From an uncultured Rikenellaceae bacterium (GTDB taxonomy: Bacteria > Bacteroidota > Bacteroidia > Bacteroidales > Rikenellaceae): a stretch of DNA of 64,000 nucleotides. The notes under the pieces were generated by a model, which was not told where the DNA came from, made no database searches, and was given only the letters and a program-made list of their open reading frames with translations. The stretch is taken from the NCBI GenBank assembly GCA_964368765.1, contig CAYJCU010000002.1, positions 1,310 through 65,309 of the forward strand, in the 5' to 3' direction. How positions within the stretch are numbered: the first letter of the stretch is position 1; every line of letters begins with the position of its first letter. This document shows, piece by piece, positions 1-10,638 of the stretch. The position numbers and the translations under genes are program-made.

Positions 1-2536
1 GGCGTGTTCTTGTGATGTACTTCTGCATTGCCTCTGATATTTCGCACCCGTAATCGCCCTGAAATGCTTTGTATATATATGTACTAGCTTTGTCTGGGTT
101 GTCAAAACTATTAGCGTCAAAAAGTTGTGTGCACTCCTCAATGCTCTTTCCTCTTTGAAGTGGGTGGATGCCCTCGCTACCACGACGATTAGAGAACTCA
201 TAGCCCAAAAATTGTTTCTCTTCGTTCTTCTCTCCACTCTTAACAATAACCACATTTTGATTATATGTAATTATGAAGTAGATTATTTTCTCTCTCTCTA
301 TTTCGATAATTGAAGATATTAACTTCTCTTCTGTCTTAACTTTTAACCTCTTCTTATACTCTACAAATATCTCGTGTGCCTGCACCGCTTCATTAGGTTT
401 TCCCTGCAATAAAGTAACATAATCAGCATACGAAAGCCCCTCCCATACGTGAGCGACATATTTTTCTGCTGGGGTCTCGATACCGTTTATTGTAACATCA
501 CTCAACGATTTTAGATAGTTTTCTACAGAGGTGCCTATGTTACGAGCAAAGAAGTTATTTCTTCTACGTAAGAATAAAACAACTGTATTAGTACCCGTTG
601 CCATAAAGGTATTACTTCCAAGTTCAGTGATAGCGACTATATCAAAATAGTTCAATATCATCTCTCTTGCACGACTGTAAATACCCGTGTTGCTCAGAAT
701 AGAACTCGGTAATATTACACCAACAACGCCTCCATCTTTTAGAAGTTGTTTTGTGCGCTCCATAAATAGACACTCTATCTCAGAGCTATTATCTGTGAGA
801 TGCTTGTATAGTTCGAAATCTCTCTCGGTGTAGTAATCTCGTGTAGTTTGCTTAAATGACGATACCGAATAAGGTGGGTTACTTAGTACTATATCAAACT
901 GTTGATTATCCTTAACATCATCGTTTGACTTTGACAATTTACCTTTGTACTCTTTGTTTGAGAAATTAGATAGACCATCGCTCAATATTACATTAGCCAA
1001 ACCATCGCCGTGGAGATAACAGCCAACTTTACCAACCTTTACAAGGCGGTAGTCTTTTTCAATTCCATAAACATAATCAGTTGCCCAATCAAAGTGATCT
1101 TCTTGCCAATTGCGTATTTTTTTTGCCGTTGTAGGAAGATAATTCTTAATATTTGCCTTATCCACAATGCTTTGAACCTCGTGCATATACTCTGTAATGA
1201 AGTGACCGCTACCCGCAGCGTAATCAATCATATAGGGTAGAATATCACCATCTTTTTGTCTTAATTTATCCTCAACAATTTTATCAAGCGGTAGACTCTT
1301 GATGATAAACTGAGCAATAGGCACAGGTGTAAAAAACTGACCCGACTCTTGTTTAAGTCCAGTAGTTAATAACAACTCAAAGAAATCTGATAAATATTGT
1401 TGGCGTTTATTATATCTAATTCTGTAACCTTGCAACAGCTCAACAACCTCTTTCACAACCTTAGCATTCTCTAAGAATGACTGATGATCATAAACCTCTT
1501 TAATTGCAAACTCGTTATTTTTCTCTAATCGAAGTTTATTTACCTCTTTTAGAAGATATTGTCTCGCCTCCTCAGGGAGTCCTGCACATTGATTATCAAA
1601 ATCTGCTTTATTAAAATCACTAACAGTGCGCTCCAAAAATTTTTGCATACCTTTGCTATACAAGTCATTCAGGCGCAATTGAAAATCTACGTGATTATCA
1701 ACACCCTCTTTCCATTGAAAAGCGAGTTCTTCGCCCTCTTCTGTTGTTGTCTCGTCATAGACCTTACACAGAAACAGAGTGAAAATTTTATTAAAGGCAT
1801 TGCCTTTGTCTGAAACAACATTGTGACGAAGTATCTCTAAAAAACGATTAAAAATAAAGCTCGATTTCTCAGATGTAATATCCTCTAACTGCTCTAAGGT
1901 AAGAGCTTGACTTTTAAAATTATATGGAGTTGTCCACGTGTCAAAAATACCATTATCTTTGGTTAGTTTATTCCACTTCTCAAAAATATCTTTAACATCG
2001 CCACTGCGATATTCATCTTCAATTTTTATGATTTCATTTCTATATATTACCTTTGAGCTTTTTATCTCTGAAGCATAAAGCATTATCACATCAGCCTTGC
2101 AACCTGATAGTTGGAAGTATGTAAATAACTGTCCACCATCTTTGCACGTCTTGTTTAGCTCTTTGTCGAACTCCTTACCATAGGTTTTACACTCTATAAG
2201 CATATACGGAGTGCCATCTTCTCTATTAACGAGAATATCTAAACGCCCCGACGTGCCGTGACCAGATGGCCACGTCTTTTCAAGAATAATATTTTGAGGC
2301 TTATAACCTTTTTTAAGTAACCTATCTACACACTCAAGCACCACAAAATTTTCTGCTTGTGAGAAATTTTGTGTTGTCTTACTTTCAGCTACTATCTCGT
2401 TATAATTTATCTCCTCCTTCTTAAAATCAACATCAATATAATACCCTCTATGTTGTTGGTATAATTTAGTATATATGTCTGTTGTGCCATCCTTAGGAGT
2501 AAATCCAAGTGCTGATATATGTTTTCTATAATCCAT
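1..2536 (-). CDS. Fused PD-(D/E)xK nuclease-like domain + gamma-class N6-adenine DNA methyltransferase (type IIG / type I-like R-M enzyme); 3' end lies beyond the window
   Basis: Own translation: ATG at 2536-2534 (MDYRKHISALGFTPKDG...). The frame was spot-checked in four segments (2536-2461, 2278-2161, 1240-1141, 880-869 and 61-2) and was open and in phase in each, implying >=845 aa; this explains its absence from the complete-ORF track. Nuclease-type motif GRLDILV..YMLIECK (nt 2239-2186), motif I IDYAAGSGHF (1228-1199), motif IV NPPY (880-869). Confidence 0.7.
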   Translation of the reverse strand, partial: MDYRKHISALGFTPKDGTTDIYTKLYQQHRGYYIDVDFKKEEINYNEIVAESKTTQNFSQAENFVVLECVDRLLKKGYKPQNIILEKTWPSGHGTSGRLDILVNREDGTPYMLIECKTYGKEFDKELNKTCKDGGQLFTYFQLSGCKADVIMLYASEIKSSKVIYRNEIIKIEDEYRSGDVKDIFEKWNKLTKDNGIFDTWTTPYNFKSQALTLEQLEDITSEKSSFIFNRFLEILRHNVVSDKGNAFNKIFTLFLCKVYDETTTEEGEELAFQWKEGVDNHVDFQLRLNDLYSKGMQKFLERTVSDFNKADFDNQCAGLPEEARQYLLKEVNKLRLEKNNEFAIKEVYDHQSFLENAKVVKEVVELLQGYRIRYNKRQQYLSDFFELLLTTGLKQESGQFFTPVPIAQFIIKSLPLDKIVEDKLRQKDGDILPYMIDYAAGSGHFITEYMHEVQSIVDKANIKNYLPTTAKKIRNWQEDHFDWATDYVYGIEKDYRLVKVGKVGCYLHGDGLANVILSDGLSNFSNKEYKGKLSKSNDDVKDNQQFDIVLSNPPYSVSSFKQTTRDYYTERDFELYKHLTDNSSEIECLFMERTKQLLKDGGVVGVILPSSILSNTGIYSRAREMILNYFDIVAITELGSNTFMATGTNTVVLFLRRRNNFFARNIGTSVENYLKSLSDVTINGIETPAEKYVAHVWEGLSYADYVTLLQGKPNEAVQAHEIFVEYKKRLKVKTEEKLISSIIEIEREKIIYFIITYNQNVVIVKSGEKNEEKQFLGYEFSNRRGSEGIHPLQRGKSIEECTQLFDANSFDNPDKASTYIYKAFQGDYGCEISEAMQKYITRTR

Positions 2537-2664
2537 AAAATAAATAATTCGCTACAAAGATATAAAAACTTATCAAATCTTATATTATGTAGTATACAAA
2601 TAATTCAAATTATTTTACCTCGTTTTATATTTAACGACTTCACAATATAAAATATTTTATATGT

Positions 2665-2708
2665 AAAAGAGGATAACATCAAATTTTATTTTGATGTTAT
2701 CCTCTTTT
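2665..2708. terminator. Perfect 19-bp-stem hairpin flanked by A/T runs; terminator downstream of the thioredoxin-like gene
   Basis: aaaagaggataacatcaaa / tttgatgttatcctctttt inverted repeat, 15 nt downstream of the stop at 2723. Confidence 0.6.
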
Positions 2709-2722
2709 ACTAAAAAGTGATA

Positions 2723-4015
2723 TTATTGCAATAACGATAACTCCTCTATCTTTCTCTTTATAGCATACTGTATTCTTGCGCCATCCATGCCTCCCTCTAA
2801 CTGCATAGACTCCATATAGGCTTGGTTATAATACTTCTTAGCCTCATCATATAGTTTTCTGTCTCGTGTAGAGTCTCCCAATAACACTAAGATATTAATA
2901 CGCTCAAAAACCGGTAAATCGCCATTAAGAGCTGTTATTAACCACTCACTAGCCTGCTCATGATCTTTCTTAACCATCTTCTTACTCATTGAGTAGTACA
3001 TATTTTGTGCTGACTGAGCATAGAAAATAGGATTTATCTCATCTCCAGCTTTTGCAATATATGACTTGATGGTTTTTACATATTTCTTAACATCTTGAAG
3101 ATGAAAAATCTGATACTCAGCATCGTAGATATATTTCTTAACCTCATAAGGGGTTAATTTTGTCTTGATAGTTGCATCATACACACTCTTCATATCGCCA
3201 TTGATTCTGTCTAGCTCTTTAAGATAGTTTAAATCGCCATTACGAGCCATATTACTCACTATATCATCATGATACTCCATTACATAATATGCAGGAGGTG
3301 TTCCCATCTTTTCGATATATTTATCAATGTTTTTATTGATAAACTCAACTATCTTATCATCTTTAGCTGCTGGGGCATGACAATCAAGAATAATTTTATA
3401 ATCATCCTCATTTATCAAATCCTCTCCCATCTTTAACTCAATATAATCTGCAAAAAGTTTCTCTACACGTATTATCCACTTCTCTAACTCCATCTCTTTA
3501 AGCGATTGGATAAAACCACGTGCATCAACCAACATTTTCTGCATTATTACCAAATCTTTAGGGTTTTTCTTATATATATCCCACATCTCATCGAAGGTCT
3601 TCTCATCGCCCGTAGCTATCTTAGCTGTCGATAAAAAACCCTTAACATCTTTCATACCCACAATTTTTTGCACCAATTCGCCATCCTTATCAAGAAATAG
3701 CAGTGTAGGTAGAGCAGTAACCTTATACTTTTTAATCAATTTTTTGTTGCTCTCATTGTCGTGGTCGAGCTTAATATTAACAAAATTTTTGTTCATATAA
3801 TTGCCCACCTCAGCAACTGAGAAGACATCTTTCTCTAATATCTTACAAGGCATACACCAATCGGCATACACATCTATAAATACGAGCTTATCGCTTTTAG
3901 CAGCCTCAACAAGTGCCTCATCTAGTGTCTTACCACTGAATATAATGGCCTGCCCGTAACTGTACGATATAGTAAGAAATATAGCTGCTATTAATATGCT
4001 TATTCTCTTAATCAT
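2723..4015 (-). CDS. Secreted thioredoxin-fold protein (WCMPC active site) with a long helical/TPR-like C-terminal region
   Basis: 430-aa ORF with a signal peptide; VFIDVYADWCMPCK CxxC motif; last gene of the SusC/SusD operon. Confidence 0.65.
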   Translation of the reverse strand: MIKRISILIAAIFLTISYSYGQAIIFSGKTLDEALVEAAKSDKLVFIDVYADWCMPCKILEKDVFSVAEVGNYMNKNFVNIKLDHDNESNKKLIKKYKVTALPTLLFLDKDGELVQKIVGMKDVKGFLSTAKIATGDEKTFDEMWDIYKKNPKDLVIMQKMLVDARGFIQSLKEMELEKWIIRVEKLFADYIELKMGEDLINEDDYKIILDCHAPAAKDDKIVEFINKNIDKYIEKMGTPPAYYVMEYHDDIVSNMARNGDLNYLKELDRINGDMKSVYDATIKTKLTPYEVKKYIYDAEYQIFHLQDVKKYVKTIKSYIAKAGDEINPIFYAQSAQNMYYSMSKKMVKKDHEQASEWLITALNGDLPVFERINILVLLGDSTRDRKLYDEAKKYYNQAYMESMQLEGGMDGARIQYAIKRKIEELSLLQ

Positions 4016-4097
4016 AACTTTATTGTTTTTAGTTGATAATTGTTTGGTTAATATTTCCAGCTATAATCTGGAAATATTAACCAATTTTAAGAGTATA

Positions 4098-4520
4098 CTA
4101 ATTTATAATAAATTTATATACATCCTCAAGAGTATGTGAGTAACTCTCGTTCTCTATCTTAATAGTAACGATATACTCACCTTTAGGCGACTTAAATTCA
4201 AAAGGAATCGACATAACACCAGCTCCCCTTATTGTTAATTCGTTTCTAAATATCTCAGCATCGCCCCCATTAGTTGCCTTAACATCAACTATTGAGTAGT
4301 GCAACTGCTGTGTGCCCAAAACACCCTGTATTACAGATGTTGTCCAAGGTGCTTTATTCTCAATACGGATAAAATCATCATCCGGATCAAGAACACTCTT
4401 AACAAGCATCGTATCAGGAGTATATTCGCCTGTTTCAGCATTAAGGAAACCCACTTTATGCTCTGAGCAAGAGGCTAAGAAGGCAAATAATGCCACCATT
4501 ATTACTATATATTTTTTCAT
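4098..4520 (-). CDS. Small lipoprotein of unknown function (PUL-associated)
   Basis: 140-aa ORF with lipobox LASCS; sits in the operon between the fasciclin-like and thioredoxin-like genes. Confidence 0.5.
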   Translation of the reverse strand: MKKYIVIMVALFAFLASCSEHKVGFLNAETGEYTPDTMLVKSVLDPDDDFIRIENKAPWTTSVIQGVLGTQQLHYSIVDVKATNGGDAEIFRNELTIRGAGVMSIPFEFKSPKGEYIVTIKIENESYSHTLEDVYKFIIN

Positions 4521-4653
4521 ACGTAAATATTTATAAATTATTTATTTTCATACCTTTAGAAGTGTCTGATTACCCAAAATTGGATTTATGTGCGTTATAG
4601 GGTTGATATGACCTGCATAAATTCAATCCTCAGGTTAAACGACACTCTATTTA

Positions 4654-5316
4654 TTATAAATTTCCGAATGTGAAGTCGTACTGCATAGAGTGAACAACAC
4701 CATTACTACACTTATTATCAAGAGAGGCTAATGTAGCTGTTGATAGCGAGTTAAATGATAGAATCCCCACAATAGATGGTCCTATATCAGGAATACCCTC
4801 ATAAGGGCCTCTATATGTATATGCCCAAAACTGTGATTTAGTAGGGTCGTTTACATCTTTGACAGTCTCACCAGTGAAGATTATACCACCCTCTCCTGCC
4901 TCTCCGAAGTTAGGCGAGCGTACTCCATCAGGTATATCTTCTCTCATATATAATCCATCAACAACGTGCGACATAATAAGCTCTTTACACACCTCAGGAT
5001 CTACTAAACTAACATCTACTACACCATCTGTTACATAACCTCTATCAAGCAGATAGCGACGTATAGAGTGGCTTGTAGGGCCAAAAAATGTTATCTTAGT
5101 GTAGTTTGCATCTGTACCCTTAAACACATCGGCAACACCTGCTCTGTCAATAACCTGAACTGTCAAATCCCAGTTATAGTCGTCTGCCTGAAGATACTCA
5201 TACATATTACCACTAAACTCATAGTTAGGGTCGATAGTACCTGTATCAATTATATTATATTTTGTGCATGCCCCCACAATTAGTAGTGGCAGTAACATTA
5301 ACAATAATTTTTTCAT
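4654..5316 (-). CDS. Fasciclin (FAS1)-like lipoprotein
   Basis: 220-aa ORF with lipobox VGACT. H1-like ITFFGPTSHSIRRYL and H2-like NGVVHSMQYDF resemble FAS1 motifs. Confidence 0.5.
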   Translation of the reverse strand: MKKLLLMLLPLLIVGACTKYNIIDTGTIDPNYEFSGNMYEYLQADDYNWDLTVQVIDRAGVADVFKGTDANYTKITFFGPTSHSIRRYLLDRGYVTDGVVDVSLVDPEVCKELIMSHVVDGLYMREDIPDGVRSPNFGEAGEGGIIFTGETVKDVNDPTKSQFWAYTYRGPYEGIPDIGPSIVGILSFNSLSTATLASLDNKCSNGVVHSMQYDFTFGNL

Positions 5317-5348
5317 AATTATATTTTTAATTTTCTAAATTACAACTA

Positions 5349-6896
5349 TTACATATATCTTAACCAATATACATTTTGGCGCATAATACCATTATTTTGG
5401 AATGCTTTAGTACCCACCGGAGAGAATAGTGCTCCGTCAAGAATATCTTGTTGTGATAGGCTTTGGTGTAACCCTTTAAGCTCCTCTTTAATGTAGTTAT
5501 TACGTATTATGTCAATGTATCTGTGCCCCTCAAAAATAAGCTCTTTCTCTCTCTCTTTAAAGATAGCTAGTTTTAAATCAGGCTCTGCAACAGCGTCATA
5601 CAGCTCTGCATTAGCTCTACTACGTATCATATCAAGATCATCAATAGCAAGCTCTGAACTACCCACCTTATTATAACACTCTGCACGAAGAAGGATAATA
5701 TCAGCTAAACGCCATACCACTGCATGAGACTCAAAAGTACCAAATGATGGTAAACCTTGCCAGTCTGGAACTATCTGAGACTTACGTAATTTATTTGGAT
5801 AAGCATAACCACCTGTTGTTAAATCTTCACTAGGATCAGCATATTTTTCGAACTCAAAGAAGTAGCTATTTAATCTCTCATCGCCATCAGCATAAATCTC
5901 TCTCACAGTTTCGTGCTTGATAAGCATACCAGCACTATATTTCTGATCACCTGGTTGCGAGCCATAACGTGATGGGAAGTAAGAGTAATCAGCTAATGGT
6001 GATTTAGTTGATACATAATCTTTTAAGAAATCTGTTGCAATCTCAAAAATAACCTCTTTACCTGTTATCTCTCCTGATAAACACATAGAACAAACATCAT
6101 CTACATTATCCATCAAGCCATAAGAGCTACTCACTTCGCCAGTAATTAGTTCTCCACACCATGTAATAGCACTCTGATAATCTTTCTTAGAATCCTCACC
6201 AGCTATGTTATATAGGTCGATAATAGAGCCTCTCCACGCATAGGCATGAGCCAAAAGAGCTGCACTGTTACCCTTATTACCAAACTGCTTAGATGTTAAT
6301 GCGGTACCAGCTGAGTTTTTTACATTCTCATAAGTTGGTAGATCTGCATAGGCTAAAAGAGCACATCTAATAGCCTCATCAATAACCTCAATTATCGAAG
6401 ATTTAGCATAAGCCTCTTTATGTGTACTGTTAAGTGTAATAACAGCATCTCCCCATATCTGCGATAATAATAGATAGGCATAAGCCTTAGCAAAATTAGC
6501 TTGAGCAACATAGAAAGTTCTGCGGCTTTCACTAATATCTACTACCCTATCAGCATTATCAATAATAAGGTTAGCATTATAGATAACCTTATATTGATTA
6601 GTCCATTGGTTATTTATTGCATTCTGAACAATCTCACTAGGCACCATATTTTGGATATTACGATAGAAACCGTATGTAAAATCATCTGCTATTGTACCTC
6701 TTAAAATTGATTGTGCTGTGTTGGTATAAGCAAAACCTGGTAAATAGTAGTTCATCTCTGTCATTACCGCCTCTAAATCTTTTTCGCTCTGGTAGAAGTT
6801 TGTAAATGTAACCGCATTTTGAGGCACATAATCAAGTGAACAACTACTAGCAAAAAGCGAAGCGAGAGCAATGATATATATTTTTATTTGTTTCAT
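5349..6896 (-). CDS. SusD/RagB-family outer-membrane nutrient-binding lipoprotein
   Basis: 515-aa ORF with lipobox ASSCS, directly downstream of SusC; typical SusD-like helical sequence. Confidence 0.85.
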   Translation of the reverse strand: MKQIKIYIIALASLFASSCSLDYVPQNAVTFTNFYQSEKDLEAVMTEMNYYLPGFAYTNTAQSILRGTIADDFTYGFYRNIQNMVPSEIVQNAINNQWTNQYKVIYNANLIIDNADRVVDISESRRTFYVAQANFAKAYAYLLLSQIWGDAVITLNSTHKEAYAKSSIIEVIDEAIRCALLAYADLPTYENVKNSAGTALTSKQFGNKGNSAALLAHAYAWRGSIIDLYNIAGEDSKKDYQSAITWCGELITGEVSSSYGLMDNVDDVCSMCLSGEITGKEVIFEIATDFLKDYVSTKSPLADYSYFPSRYGSQPGDQKYSAGMLIKHETVREIYADGDERLNSYFFEFEKYADPSEDLTTGGYAYPNKLRKSQIVPDWQGLPSFGTFESHAVVWRLADIILLRAECYNKVGSSELAIDDLDMIRSRANAELYDAVAEPDLKLAIFKEREKELIFEGHRYIDIIRNNYIKEELKGLHQSLSQQDILDGALFSPVGTKAFQNNGIMRQNVYWLRYM

Positions 6897-6939
6897 AACT
6901 ATATATTTTAATATTTGAATTAACTATCTTATATTGGTA

Positions 6940-9900
6940 TTAAAAATTAACCGATAATCCCAATGTAAGCTTCCTTGCTAATGGATAGTTTGAGAATGTG
7001 TCTATACCTGTTCTTGGATCAACAACCTCTGGATCTAAACCTGAGTAGTTAGTAAGAAGGAATAGATTCTCTGCCGAAGCAAATATACGTGCTGACTGAA
7101 TCTTTAAATTCTCTTTAACCCACTCTTGAGGTAGGTTATAACCTAGAGTAAGTTGCTTAAGTCTAACATAGTGTACATTCTCAATAGCTGTATCATAACT
7201 CTGATCAAACTGTCCTAAAGAGCCAGCTGTTGCAAGAGCAGGATATACATCAACATCTCCCTCTTTCTCCCAGAATTTTAGCTCACGAGAATCAACAAAC
7301 TGAGTTGTGTATCTTCCTTGGAACTTAAGAGTAGTTATTGAGTATTGATTAATCATCATACGGCCTAATGAGAAGCTAAATAGAGCATTAAGGTCGAAAT
7401 TACCCCATTTAAGCTCGTTAGCCCAACCACCATGTGCCATAGGAAGTGGTGATCCTGCATAATATTGATCTTCTGAATCAATAATACCATCCATATTAAA
7501 ATCGGCTAGCTGACGCATACCGGCAGTGTAAGGATTACCCATATTGTTAATAGATAGAAGTTTCTCATTACCAAAAGAGTCATAATATTTTGGTATATCA
7601 TTTTGATTTTGGATAATACCCTCATCTTTATACACATATAACGTGTTGATAGGACGACCAATAACTAATAATCTCTCATTTGCTGATATATCCATACCAG
7701 TATAAGATTTCTCAAAACGGTTCTGGTTAGCTGCAAGCGTAAGTTTTGTTCTCCATGTAACAGGACCTTTAGTTATTATATCTGCAATAACCTGCAATTC
7801 CCATCCTCTGTTTGATAACTCAAGTGCATTATCAAGAACCTCATCATGTCCATAAACATCTCCAGGAAGGCTAATTTCCCAAAGTAGTGATGTAGAGTAT
7901 TTGTAGTAGTAATCAAATATAACCTCTACCCTACTATTAAGCATTCTTAAATCTATACCAATATTGTATTGATCTGTCTCTTCCCATTTAAGATCCTCAT
8001 TAAGTATAGAGCCCGATGTAAATGCTGTACTACCTAAAAACGAGTTACCAGTAAGCATAACACCATGCGCAAGATATGGGTCATCAAACGTATTACCCGA
8101 TTTACCCCATGATAGGCGTACCTTAGCAAAATCAATATAGTATAGGTTACGCATAAACTCCTCATCAGAGAATACCCAACCCACAGCAAGCGATGGGAAT
8201 GTAGCCCATTTGTTATTAACTCCAAATACCGTTGAACCATCACGACGTAGTGTGGCCTCAAATAGATATTTCTCTTTGTAGTTATAAGATAATCTACCAA
8301 AAAAACTTAACATAGCCTCTTCTTTAAAATCAGAGTAGTATCTCTGCATTGATGTTAATGTTCCGTAATAGTCGTAAATTGTTGGGAAATCCTCTCCAAC
8401 ATAATATATCAAATCATTAGGAGCACCTAAACCACTACCACCTATATACTCGCTAGACGAGCGTAGGAATGAGTGACCTAATAGAAACTCGAAACTATGA
8501 TTATTAAAATTCTTGAAATATGTCAATAGATTATCGTTAGATAATATTGTGTGCGACGCCTGCTGTCCTTTAGACATAGCTAAACCATAGTAAGGATCAA
8601 GTGTTGATGGTGTAAAGGCATTTGTCTTAGATTGTGTATAATCAACATATAGTGACGATGTTAATAGTAAGTTATCTGTAATCTTATATTTACCATTAAT
8701 AGCACCTCTAAAACGCATACTTATATTCTTCTCAACCGTTGTGTTAAGCAGCTTAAGTGCATTATCTAATATCTCACCTGCACCCGGAAGAAGTGTTAGG
8801 TTTGATTTAGGATCTACCGTTAAACCCTCAATAGGAGAGGCTGACGTGAATGATGTATTTGCTGCTCCGCTACTTCTATCTGTATAGGCAGCATATAGAT
8901 TCATTCCTAACGTGAAATTCTTAGATGGTGTAACCTCTAGATTAGATATTGCATTGATACGTTGGAAATTACTACCAAGCATAATACCCTCTTCATCATA
9001 GAAACCAGCACCCATCATATATTTAAATAGATCTGTACCACCCGACGCTTGAATATTGGCATTGGTAACCTTACCTGTTTGGAACATATAATCCCACCAG
9101 TTAGTAGAGTTATTATAGAAATTACTTAAACTATCCTGAAGCGGAAGATAACCTGTACCCATACCTGAGTAACCATCTTGCCAGAAAAAGTCGTAAGAAC
9201 CCCAGTTATAGTAAGCATCCTCGTATGAATTAGTATATCTATACCCACCTGTATTCATATCATAAAGTGGAGCTACTTGGTTACGTGCTAACTCAGTTAT
9301 TATATTACGCTCTGCAACACCACCTAACTGCGTAGGAGTAGCAGGAAGCACCGAGAATGACTGCGATACATTTGCTGAAAACCTACTTGTTCCCGCCTTA
9401 CCTTTCTTAGTAGTGATAAGAATAACACCATTACCTGCACGTGAACCATAGATAGCAGCCGAAGCAGCATCCTTAAGAACCTCAACCGATTCGATAGTTG
9501 ATGGATCAATCTCAGCAAGTGTGTTAGTACCAGTTACCGGAGAGGTAAACGAGTTTACAGGCACACCATCAATAACATAAAGAGGCCCCTTATTTGCAGT
9601 ACCCTCAAAAAGAGAGTTATAACCTCTAATATCTACACGTGAACCACCGCCACCTGGAGAACCTGATATATTATTAACCTCAACACCAGCCATTTGTCCT
9701 TGTAATAGGTTCTCAAGACTAGCTGTTGGAACCTCTTCTAAATCTTTTGATTTAACAGATGAGATAGAACCCAACACATTACGTTTCTTCTGTACACCAT
9801 AGGCAACAACCGTAACATCGTCCATAGATACCTCATCAGTCTTTAGCACTATTTCAAAATTCTCTATCTCTTTTGTCACTCTAAATGATTGTGCTATATA

Positions 9901-10473
9901 ACCAGTGAAAGAGCACTCGATAACTGTTCCTACAACCACATTTAAGATAAAATCACCATTAGAGTCGGTAATAGCACCATCATTGCTATTTTTAATAAGA
10001 ACAGTAGCACCGATAATAGGCTCTCTATCTTGATCTAACACTCTACCCTTAATAGTTATCTTCTCCTCTTTATTAGCAGTTGGTTGTTGTTGCTCTACTA
10101 TATCAACTATTAATATACGGTCATTCTCTATTTTATACTCATAATTAGTTTGAGAAAATAATTTAACTAACGCACTCTCAACAGATGTATCTGTTACCTT
10201 TAAATTATATCTCTTTGATTTATCAACATCTATATTTTCAGCAAAACCAAACTCTATATTGGTTTGATTATAGATAATTGTTAGTATCTCCTCTAAGCTC
10301 TCATTCTCAACATTTACCGTTACAGTTTTCTGCTTGATTAACATGTTAATATCCACACTACTATTTATTGCATACACAGGATTAAAGCCTGTTATTGATA
10401 ATACAACAAAAAGTATAATCGATATTTTAGTTAAGAATAAGGATGATATTTTGTTTTGTATAATATTATTCAT
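6940..10473 (-). CDS. SusC/RagA-family TonB-dependent transporter with N-terminal STN (signalling) extension
   Basis: 1177 aa. STN-like N-terminus (TVNVENESLEEILTIIYNQTNIEF), carboxypeptidase-regulatory-like domain, plug motif DVTVVAYGVQKK, C-terminal beta-barrel ending in F. Confidence 0.9.
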   Translation of the reverse strand: MNNIIQNKISSLFLTKISIILFVVLSITGFNPVYAINSSVDINMLIKQKTVTVNVENESLEEILTIIYNQTNIEFGFAENIDVDKSKRYNLKVTDTSVESALVKLFSQTNYEYKIENDRILIVDIVEQQQPTANKEEKITIKGRVLDQDREPIIGATVLIKNSNDGAITDSNGDFILNVVVGTVIECSFTGYIAQSFRVTKEIENFEIVLKTDEVSMDDVTVVAYGVQKKRNVLGSISSVKSKDLEEVPTASLENLLQGQMAGVEVNNISGSPGGGGSRVDIRGYNSLFEGTANKGPLYVIDGVPVNSFTSPVTGTNTLAEIDPSTIESVEVLKDAASAAIYGSRAGNGVILITTKKGKAGTSRFSANVSQSFSVLPATPTQLGGVAERNIITELARNQVAPLYDMNTGGYRYTNSYEDAYYNWGSYDFFWQDGYSGMGTGYLPLQDSLSNFYNNSTNWWDYMFQTGKVTNANIQASGGTDLFKYMMGAGFYDEEGIMLGSNFQRINAISNLEVTPSKNFTLGMNLYAAYTDRSSGAANTSFTSASPIEGLTVDPKSNLTLLPGAGEILDNALKLLNTTVEKNISMRFRGAINGKYKITDNLLLTSSLYVDYTQSKTNAFTPSTLDPYYGLAMSKGQQASHTILSNDNLLTYFKNFNNHSFEFLLGHSFLRSSSEYIGGSGLGAPNDLIYYVGEDFPTIYDYYGTLTSMQRYYSDFKEEAMLSFFGRLSYNYKEKYLFEATLRRDGSTVFGVNNKWATFPSLAVGWVFSDEEFMRNLYYIDFAKVRLSWGKSGNTFDDPYLAHGVMLTGNSFLGSTAFTSGSILNEDLKWEETDQYNIGIDLRMLNSRVEVIFDYYYKYSTSLLWEISLPGDVYGHDEVLDNALELSNRGWELQVIADIITKGPVTWRTKLTLAANQNRFEKSYTGMDISANERLLVIGRPINTLYVYKDEGIIQNQNDIPKYYDSFGNEKLLSINNMGNPYTAGMRQLADFNMDGIIDSEDQYYAGSPLPMAHGGWANELKWGNFDLNALFSFSLGRMMINQYSITTLKFQGRYTTQFVDSRELKFWEKEGDVDVYPALATAGSLGQFDQSYDTAIENVHYVRLKQLTLGYNLPQEWVKENLKIQSARIFASAENLFLLTNYSGLDPEVVDPRTGIDTFSNYPLARKLTLGLSVNF

Positions 10474-10638
10474 AATTTTGCATAGATTTATTGTTTAGGC
10501 TCTATAAGCCTTAATAATTAGTTACTGTTTTTTATTAGTTGTTATTTGCAAGTCTACCAAACTATTTATCATTTAACATAAACTATAAAAAACTTTTGAG
10601 GAGGGTTATTTACCTTGTAGATACCCTCTTCTTCTTCT

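Noticed and set aside
1117-1124. A8/T8 homopolymer inside the methyltransferase gene as a phase-variation tract
   Set aside because: Eight residues is short for slipped-strand switching, and such runs are common in this AT-rich genome. The sequence alone gives no evidence of variability.
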